Shown here: piece by piece, positions 1 through 8,817 of the stretch
How positions within the stretch are numbered: position 1 is the first letter of the stretch
Layout of the letters: each line of letters starts with the position of its first letter
Source of the DNA: Bacteroidales bacterium
GTDB lineage: Bacteria > Bacteroidota > Bacteroidia > Bacteroidales > UBA3824
Direction of reading: 5' to 3'
Assembly (NCBI GenBank): GCA_017417315.1
Contig: JAFPZK010000016.1
Location: 31,494-95,493, forward strand
DNA length: 64,000 nucleotides
Program-made: the position numbers and the translations under genes
The notes under the pieces: model-generated
Told to the model about the DNA's origin: nothing
What the model saw: the letters and a program-made list of their open reading frames with translations, nothing else
The model's database searches: none

Positions 1-147
1 GGCAGAATATACTAATGAGTCTTGTTCGCAATATATCAATGTAATACGGCAGTCCAAACCACCGTTTTGAGCAATAGCCTTAACGCCGGTAATTACCGTT
101 AACAAAAAAATAACGAAAAACGCTGAAATATTTTTTCCCTTTTTCAT
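1..147 (-). CDS. 5' end of a secreted/membrane protein gene (partial, runs off the window start)
   Basis: ATG at 147 on the minus strand opens MKKGKNISAFFVIFLLTVITGVKAIAQ..., a signal-peptide-like N-terminus. The frame is still open at position 1. Confidence 0.35.
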   Translation of the reverse strand, partial: MKKGKNISAFFVIFLLTVITGVKAIAQNGGLDCRITLIYCEQDSLVYSA

Positions 148-191
148 GGTGCTAAATTATAAAAAATCATTTTAATTTTAAAAAAAAAGAC

Positions 192-199
192 TAATTTTG
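192..199 (+). promoter_or_regulatory. Bacteroidota-type -7 promoter motif (TAATTTTG) for leuB
   Basis: Exact TAnnTTTG match 37 nt upstream of the leuB ATG. Confidence 0.5.
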
Positions 200-235
200 C
201 AAAAAATAATTTTAAAAATAAATTCAATACATAAA

Positions 236-1303
236 ATGAATAAGCAGATAGCAGTTTTACCCGGCGACGGTATCGGTCCCGAGGTTATCGCTGAGGCTCA
301 GAAATCTCTCCAAGCGATAGAAAAAATCAGAGGTCATAAATTTACATACGTTCCCGTTTTGGGCGGTGCAGCGGCAATTGATGCTTGCGGCAATCCTATG
401 CCCGACGAGACGGTTGATATTTGCAAACAGTCAGACGCAGTGCTTTTCGGCGCGTTCGGAAGCCCGAAATACGACAACGACCCTAATGCAAAGGTTCGTC
501 CCGAGCAAGGCTTGTTGGCAATCAGAAAACGTCTTGAACTTTTTGCAAATATCCGTCCGATTTACACTTTTCCGGCACTCATTCACAAATCACCGATTAA
601 GAAAGAAATCGTTGACGGAGCAGATTTCGTTGTTGTAAGAGAACTTACGGGCGGAATGTACTTCGGTATGAAAGGCCGCACGGAAGACGGCAAATCGGCT
701 TTCGATACCAACCTTTATTCGGTTTACGAAATCGAAAGAATTTTGAAATGCGCTTACGAACTCTCGCTCAAACGCCGCAAAAAACTCTTGGTTGTTGACA
801 AGGCTAACGTTTTGGCTTCATCACGTTTGTGGAGAGAAACGGCTCAAAGAATGAGCAAAGATTATCCTGAGGTTGAAACTTCTTATATGTTTGTTGACAA
901 CGCTTCGATGAGAATCGTTACGACACCTAAGGATTTTGACGTTATGGTAACCGAGAATACTTTCGGCGACATTTTGACGGACGAGGCTTCGGTTATTACC
1001 GGAAGTATGGGCTTGATGCCGAGTGCTTCAATCGGTGTTTACACATCATTGTTCGAACCTATTCACGGCTCATATCCTCAGGCGGCAGGCAAAAACATCG
1101 CTAACCCGATGGCTGCAATTCTTTCGGCTGCAATGCTTTTGGAAACGGGATTCGGTTTAAAAGAAGAGGCTCAAATTGTTACAGATGCTGTTAACAAAGC
1201 CCTTGCAGACGGTATCCGCACCGAAGACATCGCCGAAGGCAAAGCATACGGTACAAAAGAAGTCGGCGACTATATTGCAAAAGTAATTTTGGAAACAAAA
1301 TAA
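236..1303 (+). CDS. leuB: 3-isopropylmalate dehydrogenase
   Basis: [18 protein letters not shown]-terminus and a full-length isocitrate/isopropylmalate dehydrogenase pattern ([10 protein letters not shown]-like [11 protein letters not shown]). The true start is the ATG at 236; the track ORF begins at an upstream TTG. Confidence 0.95.
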   Translation: MNKQIAVLPGDGIGPEVIAEAQKSLQAIEKIRGHKFTYVPVLGGAAAIDACGNPMPDETVDICKQSDAVLFGAFGSPKYDNDPNAKVRPEQGLLAIRKRLELFANIRPIYTFPALIHKSPIKKEIVDGADFVVVRELTGGMYFGMKGRTEDGKSAFDTNLYSVYEIERILKCAYELSLKRRKKLLVVDKANVLASSRLWRETAQRMSKDYPEVETSYMFVDNASMRIVTTPKDFDVMVTENTFGDILTDEASVITGSMGLMPSASIGVYTSLFEPIHGSYPQAAGKNIANPMAAILSAAMLLETGFGLKEEAQIVTDAVNKALADGIRTEDIAEGKAYGTKEVGDYIAKVILETK

Positions 1304-1310
1304 TTTAAAA

Positions 1311-1357
1311 TAAAAAAACGCCGCATTGTTTGATTAAAAATGCGGCGTTTTTTTTTA
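1311..1357. terminator. Bidirectional rho-independent terminator
   Basis: Perfect 9-bp stem ACGCCGCAT/ATGCGGCGT (1318-1348) flanked by an A-run and a T-run, between convergent genes. Confidence 0.85.
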
Positions 1358-2137
1358 TCTTATTTTCTTTGATGAAACTATAACGGCGTATGTATAATTG
1401 TAAGGTTTTGAGAATAAAACTTTTTTAGCACGTTCTTCGGTTATCGAAATGCCTGACAGCGACATATCTGCTTTTCCTTCGGCAATTAGAGGAATTATAT
1501 CCGAAAACTGAACTATCGTTGTTTTTATCGGTCTGCCGATTTTATTCGCAAACATTGTCCATAATTCGGCATCAAGACCTGAAATTACGCCACCGTTAGA
1601 GAGATTAAACGGCGGATAATCACCTTCACAAAGAATTGTCAAAGGTTCTCCTTCCGTAACGGTTACCTCCGGAATCGGAAGCGAAGACGGTGAAGTTGCG
1701 CTAAACCATTTTTCTCTGATTTTATTGAGTTCGCCGCTTTTGTCCAAGTCGGTTATAAATTCATCAAATTGTTGTTTCAATGCCTCATTTTTCTTGTTGA
1801 AAACAGCCGCCATAGGTACTGCCTGCATATTAGCAACCGCAGTATCAATTGACAGACCGCTACTTAACATAAATACTGCTGAAACATCTTCATCGATGCC
1901 GTATTCCGCTGTTCCGGCAACGATGGCTTTGTATATCTCAAATGATGTGGAAACCCGTTGAATGTCAAACGTAGGATACTTCTCCGTAAAAATAGCGTCA
2001 AAGGTCGTTCCTTCCTGAACGGCAATTTTTTTGCCGTTTAATTTTTCAAAATCACGTATCTTGACATCTTCTGTGCCGTTGCAACTTACACAGACTGATG
2101 CAATAAAACATGCCAGAATAAAATTTATCGTTTTCAT
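1355..2137 (-). CDS. Lipoprotein with a circularly permuted family-3 solute-binding (GlnH/HisJ-like) fold
   Basis: Lipobox (ASVCVSC). The N-terminal half aligns to the C-terminal half of GlnH-type SBPs (GKKIAVQEGTT...KIREKWF). The C-terminal half aligns to their N-terminal half (PPFN...GLDAELW...IIPLIAEGKADMSLSGISITEERAKKVLFSKPY). Confidence 0.7.
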   Translation of the reverse strand: MKTINFILACFIASVCVSCNGTEDVKIRDFEKLNGKKIAVQEGTTFDAIFTEKYPTFDIQRVSTSFEIYKAIVAGTAEYGIDEDVSAVFMLSSGLSIDTAVANMQAVPMAAVFNKKNEALKQQFDEFITDLDKSGELNKIREKWFSATSPSSLPIPEVTVTEGEPLTILCEGDYPPFNLSNGGVISGLDAELWTMFANKIGRPIKTTIVQFSDIIPLIAEGKADMSLSGISITEERAKKVLFSKPYNYTYAVIVSSKKIR

Positions 2138-2152
2138 TTTATCACTTTTTTT

Positions 2153-3931
2153 TTAAAAATAATACAAAAATCTGAAATTAGCTCTATTTAAATCCTTGTA
2201 GAACATATCGTGCCAATCAACAGAAACGGTAACATGTTTGCCGAAAGTTTTTTGAACCGATAACATGCCGTAAACGTCAGTATCCGTAACTATTTTTTCG
2301 GGCGTGTTTTTGCTGCACCAAAGAGCCTGTGCCGAAATTTTTAAGTTTGACGGAAGATTAAGAGTAGGCATTAGGCGGATATATTCGTATGAAGTATTTT
2401 CGCCGTAATAATGATTGTTATAAAAACTTACGCCGCCGGTAAGAGTTAGTTTACCGGTAGTCCAAGTAGCACTTGCGTCAATGTTGGTGATTTGACATTT
2501 TTCAGGGTCGTTTTTATACGTGGTAACAGGTCCGTTTACATACCAACTTTGTGTTTCGGTTACGATGTCGCGGGTGTCAATATAACGTCCGATTAACGAA
2601 CCCCAGAATTTTTTAGACGAATAAGTGTACATCAGACGGTAAACGTCAGCGGGTTGATAATCGAGTTTAGGATTGCCGATTGAAACAGGCGTGCCCATCT
2701 CGTTATAACGTGGAAAACTGTGAATGTTAATATAATCCGGTGCAACAAAACGGCGGTAATACGAGCCTTGAATTTGATGATGCCAATTAGGGGTGAGAGT
2801 TGCGCTTGCGACAATCAAGTTGTAAGGATTGTCGATTTTTTCGTCGCCGTAACCGTAATGATAACACATCACGCGGTCGCCGAGCGAGAAAGACAAAGGT
2901 CCGACAGTGTAATCAAACTGTGCGTAAAAGTCATTGTTATAGGTGGTAAGGTCGCGGTCGATTTCTAACTGTTGATCCATAAAACTGCTGAATAAGTCAA
3001 CGGTTTGAAAATATTTTGAGTTGAGGTTTGTTGTTGCATAATCCAACTCCCAACCGCCGCAAAATTCAAGACCGCCTGCTATCGGCGTGTAGAGTTCAAC
3101 GATATAAACTTGCCAAATCTCTTTTGTACGTTCTTTGCTGCTTATAAGAGAGAGCATTTCGTTTTTAGTACCGTCATCATAATATTCCACATCGGCAGAA
3201 ACGCAGAGTGCCGTTCCCTTATCGTTGAAAATGCCGTCGTATTGAATTTGTCCGCCGTAATAGCGTGAATCAGAATTTCCGCCGTGTCCGTAACGCATTG
3301 CAAAATCGTACATTAAATTGTGATTTTCATTTAATGCGGTGTTGATTTTTGCCGCGCAACGTGCCGTGCCGTCATAATCACCGTGCCGTGAATTGTCATA
3401 AAGACTTGCTGAAACGAGTACGTCCGTTTTGCCGTTTCCGTAAACGGCGTTAATTACCGGCGCACTTTGCTGACCTTCCGTGTCAAATTCGGCACCGATA
3501 TAAATGTCTTTTGTTTCAGAGCCTCTTACCATGTTGATGTCGATAACGCCGCCGAGACTTTTGCTGCCTTTCATAACGTCGGGGTTGTCGCAAACTTGTA
3601 TTTTTTCAACGTATTTTGCTTTTAATGTTGAAAGAAATACGCGGATATTTGCCTCATAATTAAAGTTTTCTACCCTGACAACATACCTTTCGTCAAGGTT
3701 TTCGTAGTTGCGTGAAAGCGCCTCGGGAAACATTTGAAGCAAATCCATAACGGTAGTGTTTTCATTAAGAGCCATGCGTTGGGGGAATATAAGCACCCTG
3801 TCAGCGCGGTGTTCGATAACGGGTTCTTCTCCTAACAGGCCGTATTCAACGGTGTTTTCATCTTGTGCTAAAACTTGCGGCACAGAACACACTGTGAATG
3901 CCGAAAGCATTAAAACTGCCAATTTATTCAT
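2153..3931 (-). CDS. TonB-dependent-receptor-like outer-membrane beta-barrel protein
   Basis: Signal peptide, plug-like N-terminal region, Gly/Tyr/Asn-rich alternating beta-strand pattern, and a terminal aromatic (..FLYYF). 16 bp upstream of the SBP-like gene. Confidence 0.6.
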   Translation of the reverse strand: MNKLAVLMLSAFTVCSVPQVLAQDENTVEYGLLGEEPVIEHRADRVLIFPQRMALNENTTVMDLLQMFPEALSRNYENLDERYVVRVENFNYEANIRVFLSTLKAKYVEKIQVCDNPDVMKGSKSLGGVIDINMVRGSETKDIYIGAEFDTEGQQSAPVINAVYGNGKTDVLVSASLYDNSRHGDYDGTARCAAKINTALNENHNLMYDFAMRYGHGGNSDSRYYGGQIQYDGIFNDKGTALCVSADVEYYDDGTKNEMLSLISSKERTKEIWQVYIVELYTPIAGGLEFCGGWELDYATTNLNSKYFQTVDLFSSFMDQQLEIDRDLTTYNNDFYAQFDYTVGPLSFSLGDRVMCYHYGYGDEKIDNPYNLIVASATLTPNWHHQIQGSYYRRFVAPDYINIHSFPRYNEMGTPVSIGNPKLDYQPADVYRLMYTYSSKKFWGSLIGRYIDTRDIVTETQSWYVNGPVTTYKNDPEKCQITNIDASATWTTGKLTLTGGVSFYNNHYYGENTSYEYIRLMPTLNLPSNLKISAQALWCSKNTPEKIVTDTDVYGMLSVQKTFGKHVTVSVDWHDMFYKDLNRANFRFLYYF

Positions 3932-4046
3932 GACATTTAGTGTTTAAAGATTTTTATTAAAAGTGTTATATTTTCTTAACGCAAAATTTGTGCAAATGTT
4001 TTACCGTAGATATGGATTTAAATTTTAGGTAAGATTTAGTTAATAT

Positions 4047-4075
4047 GAAAAAAGGCTGCCGCAAACGCAACAGCC
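4047..4075 (-). terminator. Rho-independent terminator of the KAS gene
   Basis: Minus-strand hairpin GGCUGUUG/CGGCAGCC (two G-U pairs) followed by a U-run. Confidence 0.55.
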
Positions 4076-4092
4076 CTATCAACAAAAAAAAA

Positions 4093-5313
4093 TTACAAAT
4101 TCTTTACAATCAAAGTTGAGTTAGTTCCGCCGAAACCGAATGAGTTAGAAAGGAACGTATCGAAATGAGCCTCAACTCTTTGAGCCGGAATATTCAGTCT
4201 TGCCGAATCTTCGTCCGGGTTTTCAAAATTTAAGTTTGCTGCGATGAAATTGTTTTTCATCATCAAAATTGAATAAATCGTTTCTGATGCGCCTGCCATC
4301 CACATTTCGTGTCCTGTTTGTGATTTTGTTGAAGTAACAAACGGTTTGTTGTTGCCGAAAACCTGAGCGATTGCTTTTGCCTCGTTCATATCACCGATGT
4401 GTGTTGAAGTTGCATGAGCATTAACGTAACCGATTGTCTTAATGTCGATTCCGGAATTTTTGATTGCTTTTTCGAGCGATTTAGCAGGACCTTCAACGTT
4501 AGGCGAAGAAATATGGTCGCCGTTAGAAGAAAATCCCCAGCCGAGAACCTCTGCAATTATCGGCGCACCGCGTTTAACGGCGTGTTCGTATTCTTCGATG
4601 ATAACAGTTGCCGCGCCGCCGCCCGGAACCAGACCGTCTCTGTCTCTGTCAAAAGGTCTTGAAGCCGCTGTCGGATTGTCCTCGCGGGTAGAGAAAGCAC
4701 TGATACCGTCAAAACTACCTACTGCGTAAGGGTTAACTTCCTGAGCACCACCGCAAACGACCATTTCTTCCAAGCCGTTTTTGATTAACAATGCGCCCAA
4801 ACCTATTGCGTGGCTCGACGAAGCACAAGCGGCAGAAATCGTCAAATTGATACCGCGAAGTTTAAAAATACAGCCGAGGTTCATTGTAACGGTTGAGTTC
4901 ATAGACTGGAAAATTCCGCCTGAACCGATTAAAGTTGTATCTTTTTTGCGGAACATTGTGTCAACACTCTTGTAAACCGGCTCTGCGCTCGAATCGTTAC
5001 CGTAAAGCAAGCCTACATCATTTTTATCCAAATAATCTTGGTCGATGTTTGCGTTTTTCAATGCTTCAACGGTTGCTACGTATGCGTATTTTGCCTGTTC
5101 GGGCATAAAAACACGCTGAGCGCGTGAGAGTTGCCCTTTTAAATCGGGAATGTCAAGTTTTGAAGTTAAACCCGAACGGAAACCTAATTCTTTACGTTCT
5201 TGATCTAAAACGATGCCGGAGGTACCGTTCCAAAGTGAATTTTTCACTTCGTCAAGGTTTTTGCCGAGGCACGAATAAATGCCTAAACCCGTAATTACTA
5301 CTCTTTTTTCCAT
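4093..5313 (-). CDS. Beta-ketoacyl-ACP synthase (KAS I/II family, FabB-like in length and sequence)
   Basis: Active-site context ISAACASS, HATST, GH..., C-terminal NSFGFGGTNSTL. At 406 aa it aligns end to end with E. coli FabB as I recall it. No other fab genes are adjacent. Confidence 0.85.
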   Translation of the reverse strand: MEKRVVITGLGIYSCLGKNLDEVKNSLWNGTSGIVLDQERKELGFRSGLTSKLDIPDLKGQLSRAQRVFMPEQAKYAYVATVEALKNANIDQDYLDKNDVGLLYGNDSSAEPVYKSVDTMFRKKDTTLIGSGGIFQSMNSTVTMNLGCIFKLRGINLTISAACASSSHAIGLGALLIKNGLEEMVVCGGAQEVNPYAVGSFDGISAFSTREDNPTAASRPFDRDRDGLVPGGGAATVIIEEYEHAVKRGAPIIAEVLGWGFSSNGDHISSPNVEGPAKSLEKAIKNSGIDIKTIGYVNAHATSTHIGDMNEAKAIAQVFGNNKPFVTSTKSQTGHEMWMAGASETIYSILMMKNNFIAANLNFENPDEDSARLNIPAQRVEAHFDTFLSNSFGFGGTNSTLIVKNL

Positions 5314-5402
5314 GTATTCTTACTTAAAATTATTTGCGCAAAGATAAGCGGATTTTTTCTTAAACGCAAATATTTTTTTTGCATAACTGCTTTATTACAT
5401 TT

Positions 5403-6146
5403 TTAATACTCGAAATTTTTTCCGAGGTCGTAAGTTTTGCCGTCTTCTACCTTGTTCATTTTCATAACGCCGGTTACAACGTGTCCGTAACGGTCTGTTA
5501 CTTTGACGGTGAGGTCGCAGTTATATTGGTCGAACGGGCATTGAAGTTCCCAAAAAGCATTGTATTTGTACGGAGTCATTTCGTAAAACTTTTTGCCGTC
5601 TTTGGAGAGTTCTACTTTTTTAACACCGTACCGTCCGTTGAAAATAAATGCGCCTAAAAACCAATTATTTGAGCCGGATTTTATTTTTAGGACTAAGTTT
5701 TTATCAGTATAATAAGGTGTTTCCCTCCATTTTACGTTGACTTTTCCGAGTGCTTTGTCGCCGGTTAAAAATTCAAAACCTTCGGGCGTATTGTCAAACC
5801 AAGAATTATCACCGTCAGGACAAATATCTTTGCCGACAACGCGGATAGTTTTGTCCTTGTATTTTATTTCGTATGCCGAGCCGAGAATATAATCAGGAAA
5901 AAAATAAACGCCGACAGCCACGTTATAATAACCTTTTTCCATTTCGGGTAGGGGATAGGGGTAACTCTCGTTGCTCGAAGGCTGACCGTAAAAAGTGATA
6001 TAACCGTCTTTCCAATCGGTAACGGTGCCGCCGTCTTCGGAAGACGAGGTTTGTTCTGTGTTTTCTTTGTTGTCAGTATTTTCATCGTCTTTGCACGATA
6101 TACTGACCGTCAGCAATAATGCTAATAATATGTTTCTGATTTTCAT
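5403..6146 (-). CDS. Expansin-like (EXLX1/YoaJ family) lipoprotein: DPBB domain plus CBM63-like domain
   Basis: Lipobox (TVSISC). GYITFYG, KDICPDG, GKVNVKWRE, KIKSGSNNWF, KVELSKDGKKFYEM and LTVKVTDRYGHVV align with GYATYTG, TDLYPEG, GKINIKWRV, RIKEGSSRWW, KMEYEKDGKWINM and LKVRMTDIRGKVV of B. subtilis EXLX1. Confidence 0.65.
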   Translation of the reverse strand: MKIRNILLALLLTVSISCKDDENTDNKENTEQTSSSEDGGTVTDWKDGYITFYGQPSSNESYPYPLPEMEKGYYNVAVGVYFFPDYILGSAYEIKYKDKTIRVVGKDICPDGDNSWFDNTPEGFEFLTGDKALGKVNVKWRETPYYTDKNLVLKIKSGSNNWFLGAFIFNGRYGVKKVELSKDGKKFYEMTPYKYNAFWELQCPFDQYNCDLTVKVTDRYGHVVTGVMKMNKVEDGKTYDLGKNFEY

Positions 6147-6236
6147 AACAGTAAAATTTTGTGTGTCGCAAAGGTAAACGTTTTTCTGAAAAAATCAAAA
6201 ATTGTTTTTTCCCTTGGCAAAATCCGTTTTTCTTTT

Positions 6237-6244
6237 TACATTTG
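6237..6244 (+). promoter_or_regulatory. TAnnTTTG promoter motif (TACATTTG)
   Basis: Exact motif immediately upstream of the triple repeat, about 92 nt before the ATPase ATG. Confidence 0.4.
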
Positions 6245-6250
6245 CAGTCA

Positions 6251-6333
6251 ATAATCTCGAAAACGTGTAAAATTTGCGTTTTGATAATCTCGAAAACGTG
6301 AAAATTTTACCGTTTAATAATCTCGAAAACGTG
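6251..6333 (+). repeat. Three direct copies of ATAATCTCGAAAACGTG with a 33-bp period
   Basis: Identical 17-mers at 6251-6267, 6284-6300 and 6317-6333. The last copy ends 2 nt before the ATG at 6336. Confidence 0.9.
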
Positions 6334-6335
6334 AA

Positions 6336-7688
6336 ATGAAAAGGAAAATTTATTCGCAACTGCTTGAATGGAAGCAAAATAGGAAAGGTACAACCGCTTT
6401 GCTGATTGAAGGCGCAAGGCGCGTTGGCAAAAGTTATATCGTTGAACAGTTCGCACGTCAAGAATACAAGACATATATTTTGATTGATTTCAACATTGCA
6501 GGAGATGATATACGTCAGTTGTTTGATAATTACCTCGGTAATTTGAATACGCTTTTTATGTATTTAACCAATTATACCGGCGTGAAACTTTATGAAAGGC
6601 AGTCGCTTATAATTTTTGACGAGGTGCAGTTTTTTCCGAGGGCGCGGGCGGCAATAAAGTATTTAGTTGCTGACGGTAGGTACGATTACATTGAAACCGG
6701 TTCGTTAGTTTCTATAAAACAGAGTGTTGCAGGTATTATGTTGCCGTCAGAAGAAGAAACTTTGGAGATGTTTCCGATGGATTTTGAGGAATTTCTTTGG
6801 GCTTCTGACAACGATATACTGATGGATTTTATTCGCGACCGTTTCAACAATAAACAACCTTTGGGCAACTCTATGCACCGCAAAGCAATGGATTATTTCC
6901 GTCAGTATATGATAGTCGGCGGTATGCCGCAAGCCGTTGAAAAATATATCGTTACAAAAGATTTTCAAGAAACCGACCGTGTAAAACGTCAAATTCTTAC
7001 TCTTTATCGACATAGTGCGGCACAATATGCCGGTGGGTATGCCGATAAGGTTGTCAGCCTTTTTGACGAAATTCCTTCGCAACTTCAACGCCACGAAAAA
7101 CGTTTCAGACTTTCGGATTTGAAAAAAGATGCGAGGTTGAGGGATTATGAAAGTTCGTTTTTTTGGCTTTCTGACGCTAAAATCGTGAATATCTGTTATA
7201 ATACGACAGAGCCGTCAGTCGGTTTGAATATGAAAAAAGACCGTGTAACTCTGAAATGTTATATGGCGGATACGGGTTTGCTTATAAGCCACGCTTTTGA
7301 CGAAAAAGGTATCGTTTCTAACGAGGTCTATCAAAAAATTCTCAAAGACAAACTTGAATTTAACAGCGGAATGATTATTGAAAATATTGTGGCTCAAATG
7401 CTTAGAACATCAGGACACAAACTTTACTTCTATTCTAATCCGTCAGTTGATGACAAAGATGACCGTATGGAAATAGATTTTCTAATTCAGAAAAGCAAAA
7501 TAACAAGCCGCCACAATATTATCCCGCTTGAAGTGAAATCGAATCAGCGTTACACACTTGTTTCGCTAAAAAAATGTATTGAAAAATACGGCAGTTACAT
7601 TACTTCGCCGTGTGTTATTCATGCCGCTGATTTAAAAGAAGAAAACGGTATTTTGTATGTTCCGCTGTATATGACGGGGTTGTTATGA
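6336..7688 (+). CDS. AAA-type ATPase with a DUF4143-like C-terminal domain
   Basis: Walker A-like GARRVGKS, Walker B IIFDEVQ, and the typical roughly 450-aa Bacteroides 'ATP-binding protein' layout. Confidence 0.7.
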   Translation: MKRKIYSQLLEWKQNRKGTTALLIEGARRVGKSYIVEQFARQEYKTYILIDFNIAGDDIRQLFDNYLGNLNTLFMYLTNYTGVKLYERQSLIIFDEVQFFPRARAAIKYLVADGRYDYIETGSLVSIKQSVAGIMLPSEEETLEMFPMDFEEFLWASDNDILMDFIRDRFNNKQPLGNSMHRKAMDYFRQYMIVGGMPQAVEKYIVTKDFQETDRVKRQILTLYRHSAAQYAGGYADKVVSLFDEIPSQLQRHEKRFRLSDLKKDARLRDYESSFFWLSDAKIVNICYNTTEPSVGLNMKKDRVTLKCYMADTGLLISHAFDEKGIVSNEVYQKILKDKLEFNSGMIIENIVAQMLRTSGHKLYFYSNPSVDDKDDRMEIDFLIQKSKITSRHNIIPLEVKSNQRYTLVSLKKCIEKYGSYITSPCVIHAADLKEENGILYVPLYMTGLL

Positions 7689-7776
7689 AAAAGTAATGGA
7701 TTTTCATTTTGGATTTCACTTTTTTTGTGAAAAAGAAAAAATTGAATTATTTTCGCACTGATAAAAATTGTAAATT

Positions 7777-8421
7777 ATGGGCATCACATTTGTAGAAGGG
7801 AGATTCGTTTTCGATTTTTCGCACGACGGTATAAACGATATTATCACGTTGACCGGCGACGGATATGAAGTCCGCGCATTTGGAAAATGTTTTTACTACG
7901 GTTATGAATTTTCCGGCGAAGTTGCAGGCAATGTTAGAACAGAGTTTATTAAATATCTGAAATTTACCGGCGATTTAAGACACAATCCCGATTTGACTGA
8001 CTTTATAAAATCCGCCGTTGACAGCCTGCATAAAAAAATCAATCTTTATAATTACGACCTTGTTGTGTTGCCGGAATCATCAAGCGATGTAAACGACTAT
8101 ATGTTAAGATATATTTACAGATTTGCGCAGCCTAATTTACAAGAAATGCAACTTGTAAAAAATCTTCCTAAAAATATTGATTTTGATATGGCGGCATACG
8201 AAAGTCAATATCCTGATAAAAAACTTGAAGAGTTATGTTCAATGATACGGAATCAAAATATTCTAATTATTGACGATGTAACAACAAGTGGTTCAACACT
8301 TAATGAAATACTTCGCACATTAAGAATCTTAAATGAAGACAATGAAATAACAATTTTCAGTCTTATAGGCAGAAAAGATTTGATGGCATTTGAAAAACGA
8401 AGGACTAATCTAAAAAATTAA
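7777..8421 (+). CDS. Phosphoribosyltransferase-like (ComF/PRTase fold) protein
   Basis: C-terminal PRPP-loop motif ILIIDDVTTSGSTLNE, preceded by a ComF-like 'DLVVLPESSS' segment. The N-terminal roughly 90 aa are unassigned. Confidence 0.6.
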   Translation: MGITFVEGRFVFDFSHDGINDIITLTGDGYEVRAFGKCFYYGYEFSGEVAGNVRTEFIKYLKFTGDLRHNPDLTDFIKSAVDSLHKKINLYNYDLVVLPESSSDVNDYMLRYIYRFAQPNLQEMQLVKNLPKNIDFDMAAYESQYPDKKLEELCSMIRNQNILIIDDVTTSGSTLNEILRTLRILNEDNEITIFSLIGRKDLMAFEKRRTNLKN

Positions 8422-8425
8422 CAAA

Positions 8426-8764
8426 ATGAATACTTTAACATATAAAAATTATATCGGCTCGGTTGAATTTTCGGAAGAAGATAATGTATTTTTCGGAAAA
8501 TTGGAAGGCATTAACGCCCTTGTAAATTACGAAGGAGAAAGCGTTACAGAACTGAAAAATGCTTTTAAGGAAGCGGTTGATGATTATTTGGAGTTCTGTA
8601 ATGCCGAAAATATTACTCCCGAAAAACCGTATTCAGGCAAACTTAGTATTACAATTTCACCGGCAACTCACAATACCATAGTACATTTAGCACAAAAAAA
8701 CGGAATTTCCGTCAACACTTTTGTTAATAGGGCTATTGAAAAACAAATCAGCGTTTTTGCATAA
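8426..8764 (+). CDS. hicB: HicB-family antitoxin (RNase-H-like N-domain plus RHH C-domain)
   Basis: YKNYIGSVEFSEEDNVFFGKL...YEGESVTELKNAFKEAVDDYLEFC...YSGKL matches the HicB family consensus. Starts 4 nt after the PRTase-like gene. Confidence 0.8.
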   Translation: MNTLTYKNYIGSVEFSEEDNVFFGKLEGINALVNYEGESVTELKNAFKEAVDDYLEFCNAENITPEKPYSGKLSITISPATHNTIVHLAQKNGISVNTFVNRAIEKQISVFA

Positions 8765-8775
8765 ATAAAACGCAT

Positions 8776-8817
8776 AAAAAAAGAGGCTGTCTAAACTTTT
8801 TTGACAGCCTCTTTTTT
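8776..8817. terminator. Bidirectional rho-independent terminator
   Basis: 11-bp perfect stem AAGAGGCTGTC/GACAGCCTCTT flanked by A- and T-runs between convergent genes. Confidence 0.85.

Noticed and set aside
6195-6461. 88-aa minus-strand ORF with repeated FTFSRLL peptides
   Set aside because: It is an artefact of translating the three 33-bp-spaced direct repeats upstream of the ATPase gene, and it overlaps that gene's start.
7689-8815. Search for a HicA toxin ORF next to hicB
   Set aside because: No 50-90-aa ORF with a HicA-like pattern (dsRBD fold, conserved His) appears in any frame between the ATPase gene and the terminator. The only upstream partner is the PRTase-like gene.
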